Origin: Tricharina praecox
Lineage: Eukaryota
Assembly (NCBI RefSeq): GCF_024521635.1
Contig: NW_026250413.1
Span: 868,001 to 932,000 of the forward strand
DNA: 64,000 nt
Reading direction: 5' to 3'
This document shows, in pieces, positions 1 through 11,440 of the stretch. Made by a program: the position numbers and the translations under genes. The notes beneath the pieces are model-generated. The model searched no databases and was not told where the DNA came from. It worked only from the letters and a program-made list of their open reading frames with translations. Positions within the stretch are counted from its first letter, which is position 1, and each line of letters opens with the position of its first letter.

Positions 1-569
1 GGGATCAGAGGCGCAGCGATACGCACGAAAAGTCCGATACAGTCATCCTTGACTTGAGGCAGGCGAATCGCGGAACAAGCGCAGAGGAAACTCTGATCGG
101 AGAAAAACCACTATGACGAGTGTTGCCCCTCTTCTCGCGTCTTAAGCAAATAAGAGCCGTGCCGAAAGGCGCAGCCGTTGCCCAGCGGAGAGATAGCTGA
201 AACCGGACTATGCTCGGGTAAGGATTGGTGCGCCATACCTGCCTAGTTTGTATAAACTATCCTGAAGGCTTACGACGACTCTGATGACATGGCGGAGAAA
301 GTCTCCGCACCAAGTGCAGAGATTTCACGCCAGGGGTTCCATCCGGCAACAAACTACGGCAACGGCTGGCACGTGACTCGATCACATCACCCAACTATAT
401 AGACTTCCGACGACACGACGAAAGATTCATCATCAGAATCAGCGACCAGAAAACCATCGACACTACCCCTTAAGATTATTCCGCTTGTGAAAGAAAGAAT
501 ACTATCTATCTTCATTCTTATCCTATTCTATCAATCGACTCCGACGACCGAAATCGTTCCAGTCTCACA
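1..569 (+). mobile_element. 3' part of an LTR from a second retrotransposon family, apparently nested in the integrase/chromodomain region of a Gypsy element
   Basis: Non-coding, TATA-like CTATATAG near 395, ends ...GTCTCACA at 569. Gypsy pol homology starts abruptly at about 570 (matches 6154 onward). No similarity to the LTRs at 1059 and 6643. Confidence 0.6.
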
Positions 570-1161
570 CCGAACCCACGCACCGGCCTTCCAGCCTGGA
601 GACTTGGTATGGATGGACGGCCGAAACTGGCGGACGGAGCGACCAAGCCGAAAACTGGAAAACAAACACCACGGACCCTATCGGATTACCCGAGCCATCG
701 GAACCCACGCATACGAACTGGACATCCCGAACACCATCCAAAAGCACCGCACCTTCCCAGTGTCCCTCCTCCATGCATCGGCCGACGACCCCCTCCCCGG
801 CCAGATCCTGCCGCCACCGTTACCGGTAATTGTGAACGACCAAGAAGAATGGGAGGTGGAGGAAGTGCTGGACAGCAGAACGCTGAGGGGAAGACTCCAG
901 TACCTAGTCAAGTGGAGGGGTTTCACGGCACCGACGTGGGAACCTGAGGAGAACCTTGTGGACGTACAGGCAGTGGACGACTTCCACCAACGTTACCCAA
1001 CGAAGCCTGGACCAGTTCAACTTGCTCTCGTGGGAACTCGAGCCTTAGGAGGGGCTACTGTCACGGCTCGCGACGGGACGTTCGAGGAAGAGTCGGAACA
1101 GGGGTGGGAAGGCAGCGCGGGGGCAGTGCAAGGGGCTGCGCGGGCGGCAATGCAGGAATGA
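570..1161 (+). pseudogene. 3' fragment of Gypsy pol (integrase C-terminal GPY/F region + chromodomain), upstream copy
   Basis: HHGPYRI and EEWEVEEVLDSR...QYLVKWRGF...TWEPEENL chromodomain. Diverged paralogue of 6154-6790. Confidence 0.93.
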
Positions 1162-1568
1162 GCCGGAGGAATTGGGGCTGTGTGCAGTAAGCAGGGGTAG
1201 TGCGGCTGCGCAGGGTATGAGTCACGGAAGTGGGGCACTGGCAAGGTGGATTTCTCAGGGTCTGGCACACGCCCACGGTCATTGTCAGGTTGCGGGAAGA
1301 AGTGGAGGATTTTCTATATAAACGGGCCGTTGCCCCTCTGTATTTAGTTCTTCACGCAACAACTTGTTAATTCAATCACTGTTACCTCTGTCCTTGCCTC
1401 GGCTGCCGTCTGCGCCGTAGTCCTTGTCCCTGCCTCTGTTCTCAGTTGCCGTCTGCACTGAGCCCTGCCTCACCTTGTCTCCTGTACCCGTCTTGCCCCT
1501 ACCGAACCCAGAACCCGATCCCCAGCCCGACTTCGCTACCTGGAGCCTTGCCCGACCGTGCCGTTACA
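1059..1568 (+). repeat. LTR (510 bp) shared between two tandem Gypsy units
   Basis: Termini TGTCAC...GTTACA. Preceded by PPT AGGAGGGG and followed by PBS and gag. TATATAAA near 1315. Homologous to 6643-7201. Confidence 0.95.
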
Positions 1569-1570
1569 CT

Positions 1571-1579
1571 TTGTTGCGT
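1571..1579 (+). promoter_or_regulatory. Self-priming primer-binding site
   Basis: TTGTTGCGT, 2 nt after the LTR end, is the exact reverse complement of ACGCAACAA (1354-1362), about 35 nt downstream of the LTR TATA box. No TGG tRNA-type PBS is present. Confidence 0.8.
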
Positions 1580-1607
1580 CCCCCATCTCTCCACCTAGCG
1601 AACTACC

Positions 1608-2804
1608 ATGGCCACCAACACTCAGGTACCCGACGCCCCCCACCAGGACGAAGTACCGGTGGCTCCCCCCTTCTACCGAGAAATTCCCGCCGCCATCTAC
1701 GAACAACTCGAAATCATCGTCAATCACGATGCACCCGCCGACGATGCAACCCTGATGGGGTTGTACAACGAATTCAGAATCCTTGCCCGCGCAATCACCC
1801 TGTCCCCGACAGCGATACCAACCTGGCGATTCGACGACCTCGAAGAACAACTTGCGGATGCCCGCCGGATCGCCAACCGCCTCGCCACCGTCGAAGCCCA
1901 CCCTCAAAGCCGCGCTGAGCGTGTCCCAGAGCCCGCCATGTTCGACGGAACACGCGACAAACTCGAAGGGTTCGTTGCGCAACTTCGACTCAAGCTATAC
2001 AGCGGCCCAGCCCGTTTCCCCACTCCAGCACTCCGAATGGCCTACGCCTTCAACCGCTTGGAAGGCCGCGCCCAAGCCCAGATCCTGCCATACATCGAGA
2101 ATCACAACATCACCCTCACTGATGCTGATGCGATAATCACACTCCTGAACAATGCGTTTGGTGACCCCGACCCAGCGGCCACCGCTCGAGCCAAGCTGCA
2201 CCACCTGAAACAAGGCAATAAGGAGTTCACCTCCTACTTTGCGGAATTCCAGATGCTCGTCTCCAAGCTCAATTGGGACGAGCATGCGAAACTTGACGCA
2301 CTGCGAGAAGGAGTATCCATCGAACTCCACCGGCAACTTGTGGGCCGTACTCAGGGTCTCAACTACGACGGATTTGTGGCCCTCTGCCAACGCCTCGACT
2401 CCGAGCTGCGTGCCCTCCAACTTCGTGAGGGACGCCGTACCATCAACCCCCCTCGGCAGAGTAGCGCCCCACAACCCACGGCGCCGCTCAGGCACACCAC
2501 CCAGAACACCATGCCCGTGACGACCACTGCCACAGGAACGGCCCCCGGAGCTATGGACTTGAGTGCCAACAGCCGCAGGATCTCAGATCAAGAGCGTGCC
2601 GCTCGACTCCGCGAAGGCCGCTGTCTGTACTGTGGAGGAAGTGGCCACATGGCGAGGCACTGCCCCAACAAGAACCGAAATCCGTTCCGAGCAGCCGTTG
2701 CCCGGCTGGAGACAACTCAGCCGACCAACACCACCCCGGCTCACACCTATCACAACTGCAACCAGGATTGCGGCGAGACCTCCCAGCAGTCGGGAAAAGT
2801 CTAG
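1608..2804 (+). CDS. gag: Gag (retrotransposon gag domain + CCHC zinc knuckle)
   Basis: 398-aa ORF with PAMFDGTRDKLEGF, LKQGNKEFTSYFAEF and CLYCGGSGHMARHC. Confidence 0.95.
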   Translation: MATNTQVPDAPHQDEVPVAPPFYREIPAAIYEQLEIIVNHDAPADDATLMGLYNEFRILARAITLSPTAIPTWRFDDLEEQLADARRIANRLATVEAHPQSRAERVPEPAMFDGTRDKLEGFVAQLRLKLYSGPARFPTPALRMAYAFNRLEGRAQAQILPYIENHNITLTDADAIITLLNNAFGDPDPAATARAKLHHLKQGNKEFTSYFAEFQMLVSKLNWDEHAKLDALREGVSIELHRQLVGRTQGLNYDGFVALCQRLDSELRALQLREGRRTINPPRQSSAPQPTAPLRHTTQNTMPVTTTATGTAPGAMDLSANSRRISDQERAARLREGRCLYCGGSGHMARHCPNKNRNPFRAAVARLETTQPTNTTPAHTYHNCNQDCGETSQQSGKV

Positions 2805-2837
2805 ACCAACAACCGCTTGATGGCACTGTTGTTGGTC
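2792..2837 (+). promoter_or_regulatory. Programmed -1 ribosomal frameshift signal (gag-pol)
   Basis: G GGA AAA heptamer in gag phase, 5-nt spacer, perfect 10-bp stem GACCAACAAC/GTTGTTGGTC. pol is in the -1 frame. Confidence 0.85.
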
Positions 2838-5800
2838 GTACCCAGGATAAGTCTTTGTCTCCTATGTCCCCTATTTTCCGTTTTTCTAGTCTCTCAGTGT
2901 CAGGAATGGTTGTGGAGGAATCATCAATGGAAGGAAAACATCTTGTTGTATTGTGTAACCTTTCGTTTGGTGACAAAACCATTGCCACGCATGCGCTGAT
3001 CGACTGTGGGGCAACCGGAATTGCATTTGTAGACAAAGACTTCGCCCGCTATCACCACCTACCCCTCGTACCCCTGAAATCCCCGCGCACCCTCGAAGTC
3101 ATCGATGGCCGTCCCATCGAGTCAGGCGACATCACACATGTTGCCACCACCACCCTGTCCATACAGGAACACCACGAAGAAATCCCTATGTTTGTCACCA
3201 AACTAGGCCACTACCCGGTTGTACTCGGAATCCCCTGGATGGACCTCCACGATGTGGCCATCCGGTTCAGCTCCCGAACCCTCACCTTTGGCTCCCAATA
3301 CTGTACAGCCAACTGCAATGCAGTGCCCACCGTTGCACATGGAATCACCACCGACCCACCTGACGTATCTACCTATGCTCTCGCGTCAAAAGCAGCTCAG
3401 GAAGAGCCAGCGGTAAGCGCGGGGGCCGGCGACATCGTGGCCCGCTGCATTACGTCTCCCCCAAGGAAGAATCACCAGGAATGCACTAATTTTTCAAGGG
3501 AAAGCACAGTCAGAATCTCAGCCTTACAGATGGAGTCATTCCAAGAACTGGTCAACAAGGAAAGCCTCACGATTTTCAACACCACGCTTGCCGAGGTCAA
3601 CGGCGCACTGGAAGGAAACAAGGACCCCACGGCACATATCACTCACGAATACCACGAGTTCCTACCGCTATTCTCTGAAGCCCTTGCCCAGAACTTGCCC
3701 CCACACCGACACTACGACCATAAGATTCCACTCAAGGAGGGATTTACGCCCCCATACGGACCCCTGTACTCACTTTTGAAAAACGGAGCTTGTCGCACTG
3801 AAGGAATGGCTTGACGACAACCTCTGCAAAGGTTTCATCCGTGCCTCTTCCTCTCCAGCAGCATCGCCAATCCTGTTTGTCAAGAAATCGGACGGCTCCC
3901 TACGCCTGTGTGTGGATTACAGGGGCCTGAACGAAGGAACAATCAAGAACAGGTACCCACTCCCACTCCTCCAAGAAACTCTGATGCGGCTATCCGGGGC
4001 AAAATACTTCACCACCCTGGATATCCGCGGTGCCTACAACCTTGTGCGGATGGCGGAAGGAGAAGAGTGGAAAACTGCCTTCCGGACACGCTATGGGCTC
4101 TTCGAATCCCTCGTCATGCCCTTCGGCCTCACCAACGCCCCTGCCGACTTCCAAGCTCTGATCAACGATGTGCTACGCCCGTTCCTCGACGACTTCTGTA
4201 CCGCATTCATCGATGACGTCTTCATTTACAGCGGATCCTTAGATGAACACCGGAAACATGTCAGGAAAGTACTTCAGGCCTTATCAGCAGCCAGTCTACA
4301 TCTCAAACCCGAAAAATGTCATTTCCACCAGACAGAAGTCAAGTATTTGGGACTGATCATTACAACAAACGGGATCAAGATGGACCCAGCGAAAGTCTCC
4401 TGCATACTGGAATGGGAGGAGCCGAGTACCGTCACCGATGTGCAATGCTTTCTGGGATTTGCGAACTTCTACCGGCGATTCATCCAAGACTATTCCAAGG
4501 TGGTATCCCCATTGACAGCATTGACCAAGAAGGAGGATGGAAAGTATGTTCCCTTCGTGTGGGGACCAGAACAGCAGAAAGCATTCGACGAACTAAAAAC
4601 AGCTTTCACCTCGGCCCCGATCCTCCGGCACTTCGACTACGATCGGTAGATAGTAGTGGAAACTGACGCCTCCGACTACGTCTCTGCCGGAGTCCTATCT
4701 CAGTACGACGACAAGGGAATTCTGCACCCAGTGGCATTCTATTCCAAGAAACACTCCCCGGCAGAATCCAACTACGAGATCTATGACAAAGAACTCCTTG
4801 CAATCATCCGCGCCTTTGAGGAGTGGAGACCACATCTGGAGGGTGCTCCTCACCCCATCCAAGTCCTAAGCGACCACAAGAATCTGGAGTATTTCATGAC
4901 AACGAAACTACTCAACCGACGACAAGCGCGATGGTCAGAGTTCCTTTGCCGTTCCATTTCAAGATTGTCTACCGACCAGGCAAAGCGGGAGGAAAACCGG
5001 ATGCACTGACCAGGAGGTCAGGAGACCTCCCTAAAGAAGGGGATGAAAGACTGCTCGCCAACCAGCAGGCAGTCCTGAAACCGGACAACCTACCGGAAGA
5101 GCTCCAGTTGGCAGCAACCAACACCCCCGAACAAGACCGTCCCCTCCTCACGTCACTGATAACAGAAGGCTACGACATAGACCCCGTCCCAAATCGAATC
5201 CTCGAGCTACTCCGAAATGGTACACGCCACTCGAAGGAGATCTCCTTGGCCGAATGCCGCGAATTCAACGGGCGACTGATCTACCGAGACTGCCTCTATG
5301 TTCCAGAGTACGACCGACTCCGACTACGACTGATCCAGGACCACCACGACCCACCGACCATGGGGCACCCAGGGCGCGCAAAAACCCTGGAACTACTTGC
5401 TCGAAGGTACTACTGGCCACAGATGCGAAAGGACGTTGACCAGTTCGTCCGAAACTGCCACACCTGCCGGCGAACCAAGGCCACCCGGCACGCACCCTAT
5501 GGTGTCCTGCGCCCCCTCCCAGTACCCGGGAAGCCATGGCAACACATCTCAGTCGACTTTGTCACTGGCTTACCGGCCTCAAAGGGGTTTGACGCCATCT
5601 GTGTTTTTGTTGACCGACTGACCAAGCAACGCCATCTCCTACCATGTACCACGACCATCACCTCGGAAGGACTGGCCGAGCTGTTCTGCGACCGGATATT
5701 CAGGTACCACGGGTTGCCAGAAACCATCGTCTCGGATAGGGGTCCCCAGTTTGCCTCGAGATTCTGGAAACACCTATGCTCATGCCTCAAGATCGAGCCA

Positions 5801-6790
5801 CGCCTGTCAACTGCCTTCCATCCCCAGACCGACGGCCAAACCGAACGGATGAACGCCGTCATGGAACAGCACCTCCGCGCGTACGTCAGCTACCTCCAGG
5901 ATGACTGGGTCGACTACCTCTTCTTGGCCGAATTCGCTGGCAACAACCAGGTCTCCGACACGACTACCCTGTCCCCATTCTTCGCTAACCTAGGATACCA
6001 CCCACGGTGTGACTTTGAGCTGGATATCCGTGTCGACACCAAGGAGGAACATCAAGCTCAGAGTGCAGCGGAACGGTTGCATCAAATCCACGACGCCGCC
6101 CGCAGCCAAATGCTGTATGCCCAGGCACGGCAACAGGACGACTCCGACCGACACCGAACCCCTGCGCCAGCGTTCCAACCAGGCGACATGGTATGGGTGG
6201 ATGGTCGGAACTGGCGCACCAAGAGACCCAGTCGCAAGCTGGAAAACAAACACCATGGTCCCTACCGTGTGATTCGGACAATCGGAACCCACGCCTACGA
6301 ATTGGACATCCCGGACACCGTTCAGAAGCACCGAACATTTCCTGTATCCCTCCTTCATGCCTCCGCTGACGATCCCTTCCCTGGACAAATTCCACCGCCA
6401 CCACTTCCGGTAATTGTGGACGACCAAGAAGAATGGGAGGTTGAAGAGGTCCTCGACAGCCGGAACCTCAGGGGCAAACTCCAGTACCTGGTAAAATGGA
6501 GAGGCTACGCGGCACCAACATGGGAACCAGAGGAGAACCTTACCGAGGTACAAGCTGTGGACGACTTCCATCGACGATACCCCATGCAGCCTGGACCAGT
6601 CGAACTTGCTCTCGTGGGAGCTCGAGCCTTAGGAGGGACTACTGTCACGGCTCGCGACGGAATGACGAAGGGAGGGTCGGCACAAGGACCGGGAGAGTTG
6701 GGAGGCAGTGCACAGGCAGTGCACCGGCAGTGCAAGGATGAGTCGCAGAGGATTGGGGGCTGTGTGCAGGGAGCAGGGATAGCACAGTAA
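2798..6790 (+). pseudogene. pol: Pol polyprotein (protease, RT, RNase H, integrase, chromodomain) with 3 lesions
   Basis: ALIDCGAT protease, FIDD RT, ETDASD RNase H, HHCC and SVDF/SDRG/QTERMN integrase, chromodomain. Frameshift near 3780, in-frame TAG at 4647-4649, frameshift near 4950. Confidence 0.93.
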
Positions 6791-7201
6791 TGAGCCGCAG
6801 GGGATTGGGGCTGTGTGCAGGAAGCAGGGGTGGTGCGGCTGCGCAGGGTATGAGTCACGGAAGCGGGGTACTGGCAAGGTGGATTTCTCAGGATCTGGCA
6901 CACGCCCACGGTCATTGTCAGGTTGCGGGAAGAAGTGGAGGATATCCTATATAAACCGGCCGTTGCCCCTCTGTACTTAGTTCTTCACGCAACAACTTGT
7001 TAATTCAATCACTGTTACCTCTGTCCTTGTCTCGGCTGCCGTCTGCGCCGTAGTCCTTGTCCCTGCCTCTGTTCTCAGTTGCCGTCTGCACTGAGCCCTG
7101 CCTTACCGTGTCCTCTGAACCCGTCTTGCCTCTGCCAAACCCAGCACCCGATACCCTGCCCGGCTTCGCTGCCTGGAACCTTGCCCGACCGTGTCGTTAC
7201 A
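6643..7201 (+). repeat. 3' LTR (559 bp)
   Basis: TGTCAC...GTTACA, preceded by PPT AGGAGGGA. Carries a ~52-bp tandem duplication in U3 (about 6738-6830). Confidence 0.95.
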
Positions 7202-8069
7202 CTGGAGCCCAGCCCGACGGTTCCCTTATCAACACACACCCGCACAAGTGAGGACAGCAGGTATAGGTCAGTCTTTGGACATGATATAGCTTGTTCGCTG
7301 ATGTGAACCCATTGTGCAAGCATCGTTTTTCACACAGCGTGTGTAGTTGAACCCAAGACTAGCCTATCTTGGGAATTCATACTCCTGACAATTGTGTAGT
7401 TTCTTTGAAGGTAGACTGCAGGGTCTTAGTATACCTGGGATACGCTAGTGGCTTGAAACGGCACCTGGTGTGTACTAGGACAAGTATTCGGTGTTTGTCC
7501 TTTCAAGACCAGCATGTGCACAGTTATTTATGACATTCACATGCAGGAAAAATCCAAGATTAAATCTGCAATGCAGCGAAAGAAGTAGAAAAAAAATGGA
7601 TTTTACGTACCGAAGCTGTTTGAGCGCAGTCGGATCATTGCAAGTTGTGCTGTTACGTGCAGCGAAGCTGTTTAGATTGTGTTGATGAGGGAGGGGTGAA
7701 CTTGTTTTGGTTTCCAACATTAGGGCTGCTCCTTCGACATCGGTTTGCTCCTCACATCCCTCAGAAGGGTCTTCTTGGCATTTTGCACGAGCTGTGGTGC
7801 GTGTCACTTCTTCGAGCCCTAACTTGTCGCGTCTTCTCCGAAACCGTGGGATTGGAACCCACCTTCTCTCCGTCCCTTTTTCTCACCACACCAATACCCG
7901 CCCTCGATCTTCCTTCTTCTGCCCTCAATCATCCACATTGTGACTTGCCAAGATCATTCACCCGCGATCTTCTTTCTTACTTTATCAAGATCTTCTACCC
8001 TCGATCTTTTTTTTCCAACCATCCTGATCTCTTCGTTCTTGGTCCCTTTAGCAGAATCAGATAGTGACC

Positions 8070-11000
8070 ATGACCCCACTCCGCTCGAACGGGCACCAGA
8101 CACTGTCCGAGGCGTTGGACATCTCCACAGCCTTGGTGGGAACAGGAACTCGCGCACAGCCGACACCGGGGCGTCGGGAAGACAACAAGGCTGACGACGA
8201 AACGGAACGACGATTGAACCTAAAGAACGGTAAGCTCTTGCGACCGAATCCCATCAAGTACGCGGGGCTGCGGACGGGAATATGTTACGACTCGAGGATG
8301 CGGTTCCATGCGACCATCAATGAGAAGGATGCTCACCCGGAGGATCCGAGACGAATCATTGAGATTTACAAGATGATTTGTGACGCGGGCTTCGTCGACG
8401 ATCCAACGTATTCCGGCTTTGTCAAAAAAGGCGACCTCATGTCTCGTATTCGGGCGCGTGAGGTCACGAAGGAGGAAGCGATGTTGGTGCATACTCTAGA
8501 GCATTGGGAGTTTCTCGCGGGGACGGCTGGTATGTTGCGGCTCCGCCCGGTCAGGATGTTTTGTTGTTCAGGGCTGGTGTTGACTCACTTAGTAGAACAA
8601 ACTCCGGATGAACTCAAGACATTGTCGAGGAGGGAAGACTCCGTTTATTTTAATCGAGAGTCTTTCCTCTGCTCGCGACTCTCGTGCGGTGGCGCAATCG
8701 AGAGTTGCATGGCGGTCGTCTCTGGCAAGGCCAAGAACGCCATCGCGATTGTGCGCCCTCCGGGGCACCACGCGGAGCCGAGCAGAGCGATGGGGTTCTG
8801 TCTCCTGAACAATGTCAGTGTGGCGGTCAAAGTGGTACAGAACCAGTACCCAGAAATGTGCAAGAAGGTGTTGATTTTAGATTGGTAAGTGTGTTGGCGC
8901 TGCGGACGAGTGAGAGGTTGTGGGCTCGATTGACTTGGATACTGACACGACGGACGGATTCTAGGGATGTGCACCATGGTGAGCGGCGATCTCCGAAGAA
9001 AACGGCGCTAGCGAGAATGGCGCTAACCTCACGTGACAATATAGGAAATGGCACGCAGACAGCCTTCTACAAAGATCCCAGTGTCTTGTACATGTCTATC
9101 CACCGCTACGAGAATGGAAACTTCTATCCGAGCGGGCCAGAAGGAGGCATGGATCAGTGCGGTGAGGGGGATGGCTTGGGAAGGTAAGAATATCCCCGAC
9201 CTGAAGTGGCGTACTGTTATTGTTGCTGCTGGACACTTCTAACCTGTTAGGAATGTCAACGTCCCTTGGGACAATGCGGGGCTGGGAGACGGGGATTATA
9301 TGTACGCATTTCAGCGTGTAATAATGCCGATCGCAGTTGAATTCGATCCAGACCTCGTCGTCATATCGGCGGGGTTCGATGCGGCGGCAGGCGACGATCT
9401 GGGGGGCTGCTACGTCACGCCAGCGGGCTATGCGCATATGACGCATATGCTCATGAGCTTGGCGGGCGGCAAGGTCGTCGTTTGTCTCGAGGTGTGCTTG
9501 CTGCATTGTTACCCACAACACATCAATAGATCGAAGCTGACTGGTAGAATAGGGAGGTTATAACCTCGTCTCGATCTCCAATTCTGCGCTTGCGGTCACG
9601 CAAGTGCTCAATGGGGAGCCGCCTGGGCAGCTGCACGATGGAGCCGTCGCCTGTCAGCCGGCAGTCGACGTCGTCCATCGGTGTGTACACCACCAGATGC
9701 ACTACTGGCGGTGTATGCGCTCGGCGGACCCGTGTCCCAGCAGTTAGTTGACGAGCTCCCGGGCCAGATGATCCACACCGTACTGATAGCGGGCAGATTG
9801 TCGTCTCGAATTCGACGACGAAAAGGCGGTGAGGCTGAATGGTCTCTAGTAATGTTCCCACAAGACAATAGCTGCTAACTTGCGAAGATATCGTTCGACA
9901 CTACCAAGCCAAAAAGTTGTGGGACAGTCACGACATGTCAGTCGTGACACTGTTTCGAGACTTCGAGAACTCGGAGTCATTCGAATACCAGGTGTTGGCC
10001 ACGTGGGTTTCCCAATACTGTTAACCTTGTACAGGCCTGACAGTGCATTCAGACCAGGAATTGAGAAGAGTCAGACGGTGATTTTTTATATCCATGACCC
10101 GTATGTCAAAAACCGATCGGTATATACATCCCCACACCTAAGGCAATCTGCTAAGAAATATGGGGGTTTCAAGGCCACCCGTGTTGGCACAGCCCGAACC
10201 GCATACCAACCACATTGCACTCCATGATTCGATTCTGGTATTTGCAATCCTCGTGGTTGTTGCTCGGCGGGGGCTCCCTCAAACTACCAAAAAATAGATG
10301 ACTAATCTGTTTCACTCGGTGCGGTCTTAGGTGGATGTAGGAGCGTCGTACATCGACTGGGCAATCAGCAACGGTTTCGGCGTCGTTGATGCCAATGTCC
10401 CCAAGCAGATAACCGGGCCTCGGGTAGGTAGCCCATCACCTTCAGTTATAAGGTTTCACTGACAGTTTTGTGAAGAAGGTGACCTATGATCGTCTCAAGA
10501 TGACCGACGAGCTTTGCAAGTATCTATGGGATAACTTTCTACAGCACGTTGTCAACAACTAGTGTAGGATGTTCTGGGAGTTTGCTAATATCTTGCGCAG
10601 GCCAACCGACGCAAAAGATCAAAGGATCATTCTACTCGGCGTGGGCGACGCTGCTCAGGGCATAGTGCGACTCTTAACATCGAGAAGTATATATCCATCC
10701 GTCCAGGCATTGTTCTCAGACCTCTTCGCTAACACACACAATAGATTGTCATGAGCGCGTCAAAGGAGTTATCAGCGTTATCGGCAGCGATAATGTCTTC
10801 CGTGCGATTGTACCAAGCATTCCGGATGATCGGATGCTTAATTGGTATTACCAGGTAGATACACTTCATCCCCGAGCTGCCTGGGCACACCCACTAATAT
10901 ATTCATAGAACTCTCTTGTCATGGTCAGCAAAAACCACGCCTTTTGGACCCGTAGCAGCCGCGGTCTCAAGAAGAAGTACGGTGCAACGGGAAAGAGCAA

Positions 11001-11079
11001 CGGCAACGACGCCCACGAAGTCCACAAATTTGAATTTGAAAGAATCACCAGCTGGATCATGGACAGACTTGAAGATTGA
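8070..11079 (+). CDS. HDA1: Class II histone deacetylase (Hda1/Clr3) with C-terminal Arb2-like domain, many introns
   Basis: [47 protein letters not shown] and LEGGYNL motifs reconstructed across introns. Ends ...WIMDRLED*. Start codon uncertain. Confidence 0.93.
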
Positions 11080-11440
11080 TCACACGATATCTGCTTGGGA
11101 ACTGCTACGGTGATTGTCCTCACACGACTAGAGAGAGTTGGAGCTTTGCTTGTCTTCGCCCGTTCGGTTGGCTCGTTTCTTGGAGCCCGGGCTTTTTTGT
11201 TTATTTTTTTAATTGGCATTCGATGGGCCGCATACCGTCGTTCGTCATTTTTTTCCGGTTGGCTCGTTTGAAGATTGATCATCACGATATTTTCTCGAAA
11301 CTGCTGCGGTGGTTGTCCTCACACGATTGGTGAAAGTTGGTACTTTGTTTGTCTTCGCCCGTTCGGTTGGCTCGATTCTTGCAGCGCGGGCCTTTTTTTT
11401 GTGGCATTCGATAGGCCGCATACTGTCGTTCGTCCTTTTT
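11069..11440 (+). repeat. Diverged tandem duplication, period about 199 bp, starting at the HDA1 stop region
   Basis: TTGAAGATTGATCA...TTGTCCTCACACGA...TTGTCTTCGCCCGTTCGGTTGGCTCG...TGGCATTCGAT...GTCGTTCGTC occurs from 11069 and again from 11268. Confidence 0.9.

Larger units (their letters stand above)
1059..7201 (+). mobile_element. Full-length Ty3/Gypsy chromovirus LTR retrotransposon (Tf1/Maggy/Skippy-like), pol disrupted
   Basis: LTR-gag-PR-RT-RH-IN-chromodomain-PPT-LTR order. Confidence 0.97.

Noticed and set aside
7202..7720. AT-richer flank after the 3' LTR, possible decayed TE
   Set aside because: No recognisable motif, termini or repeat partner.
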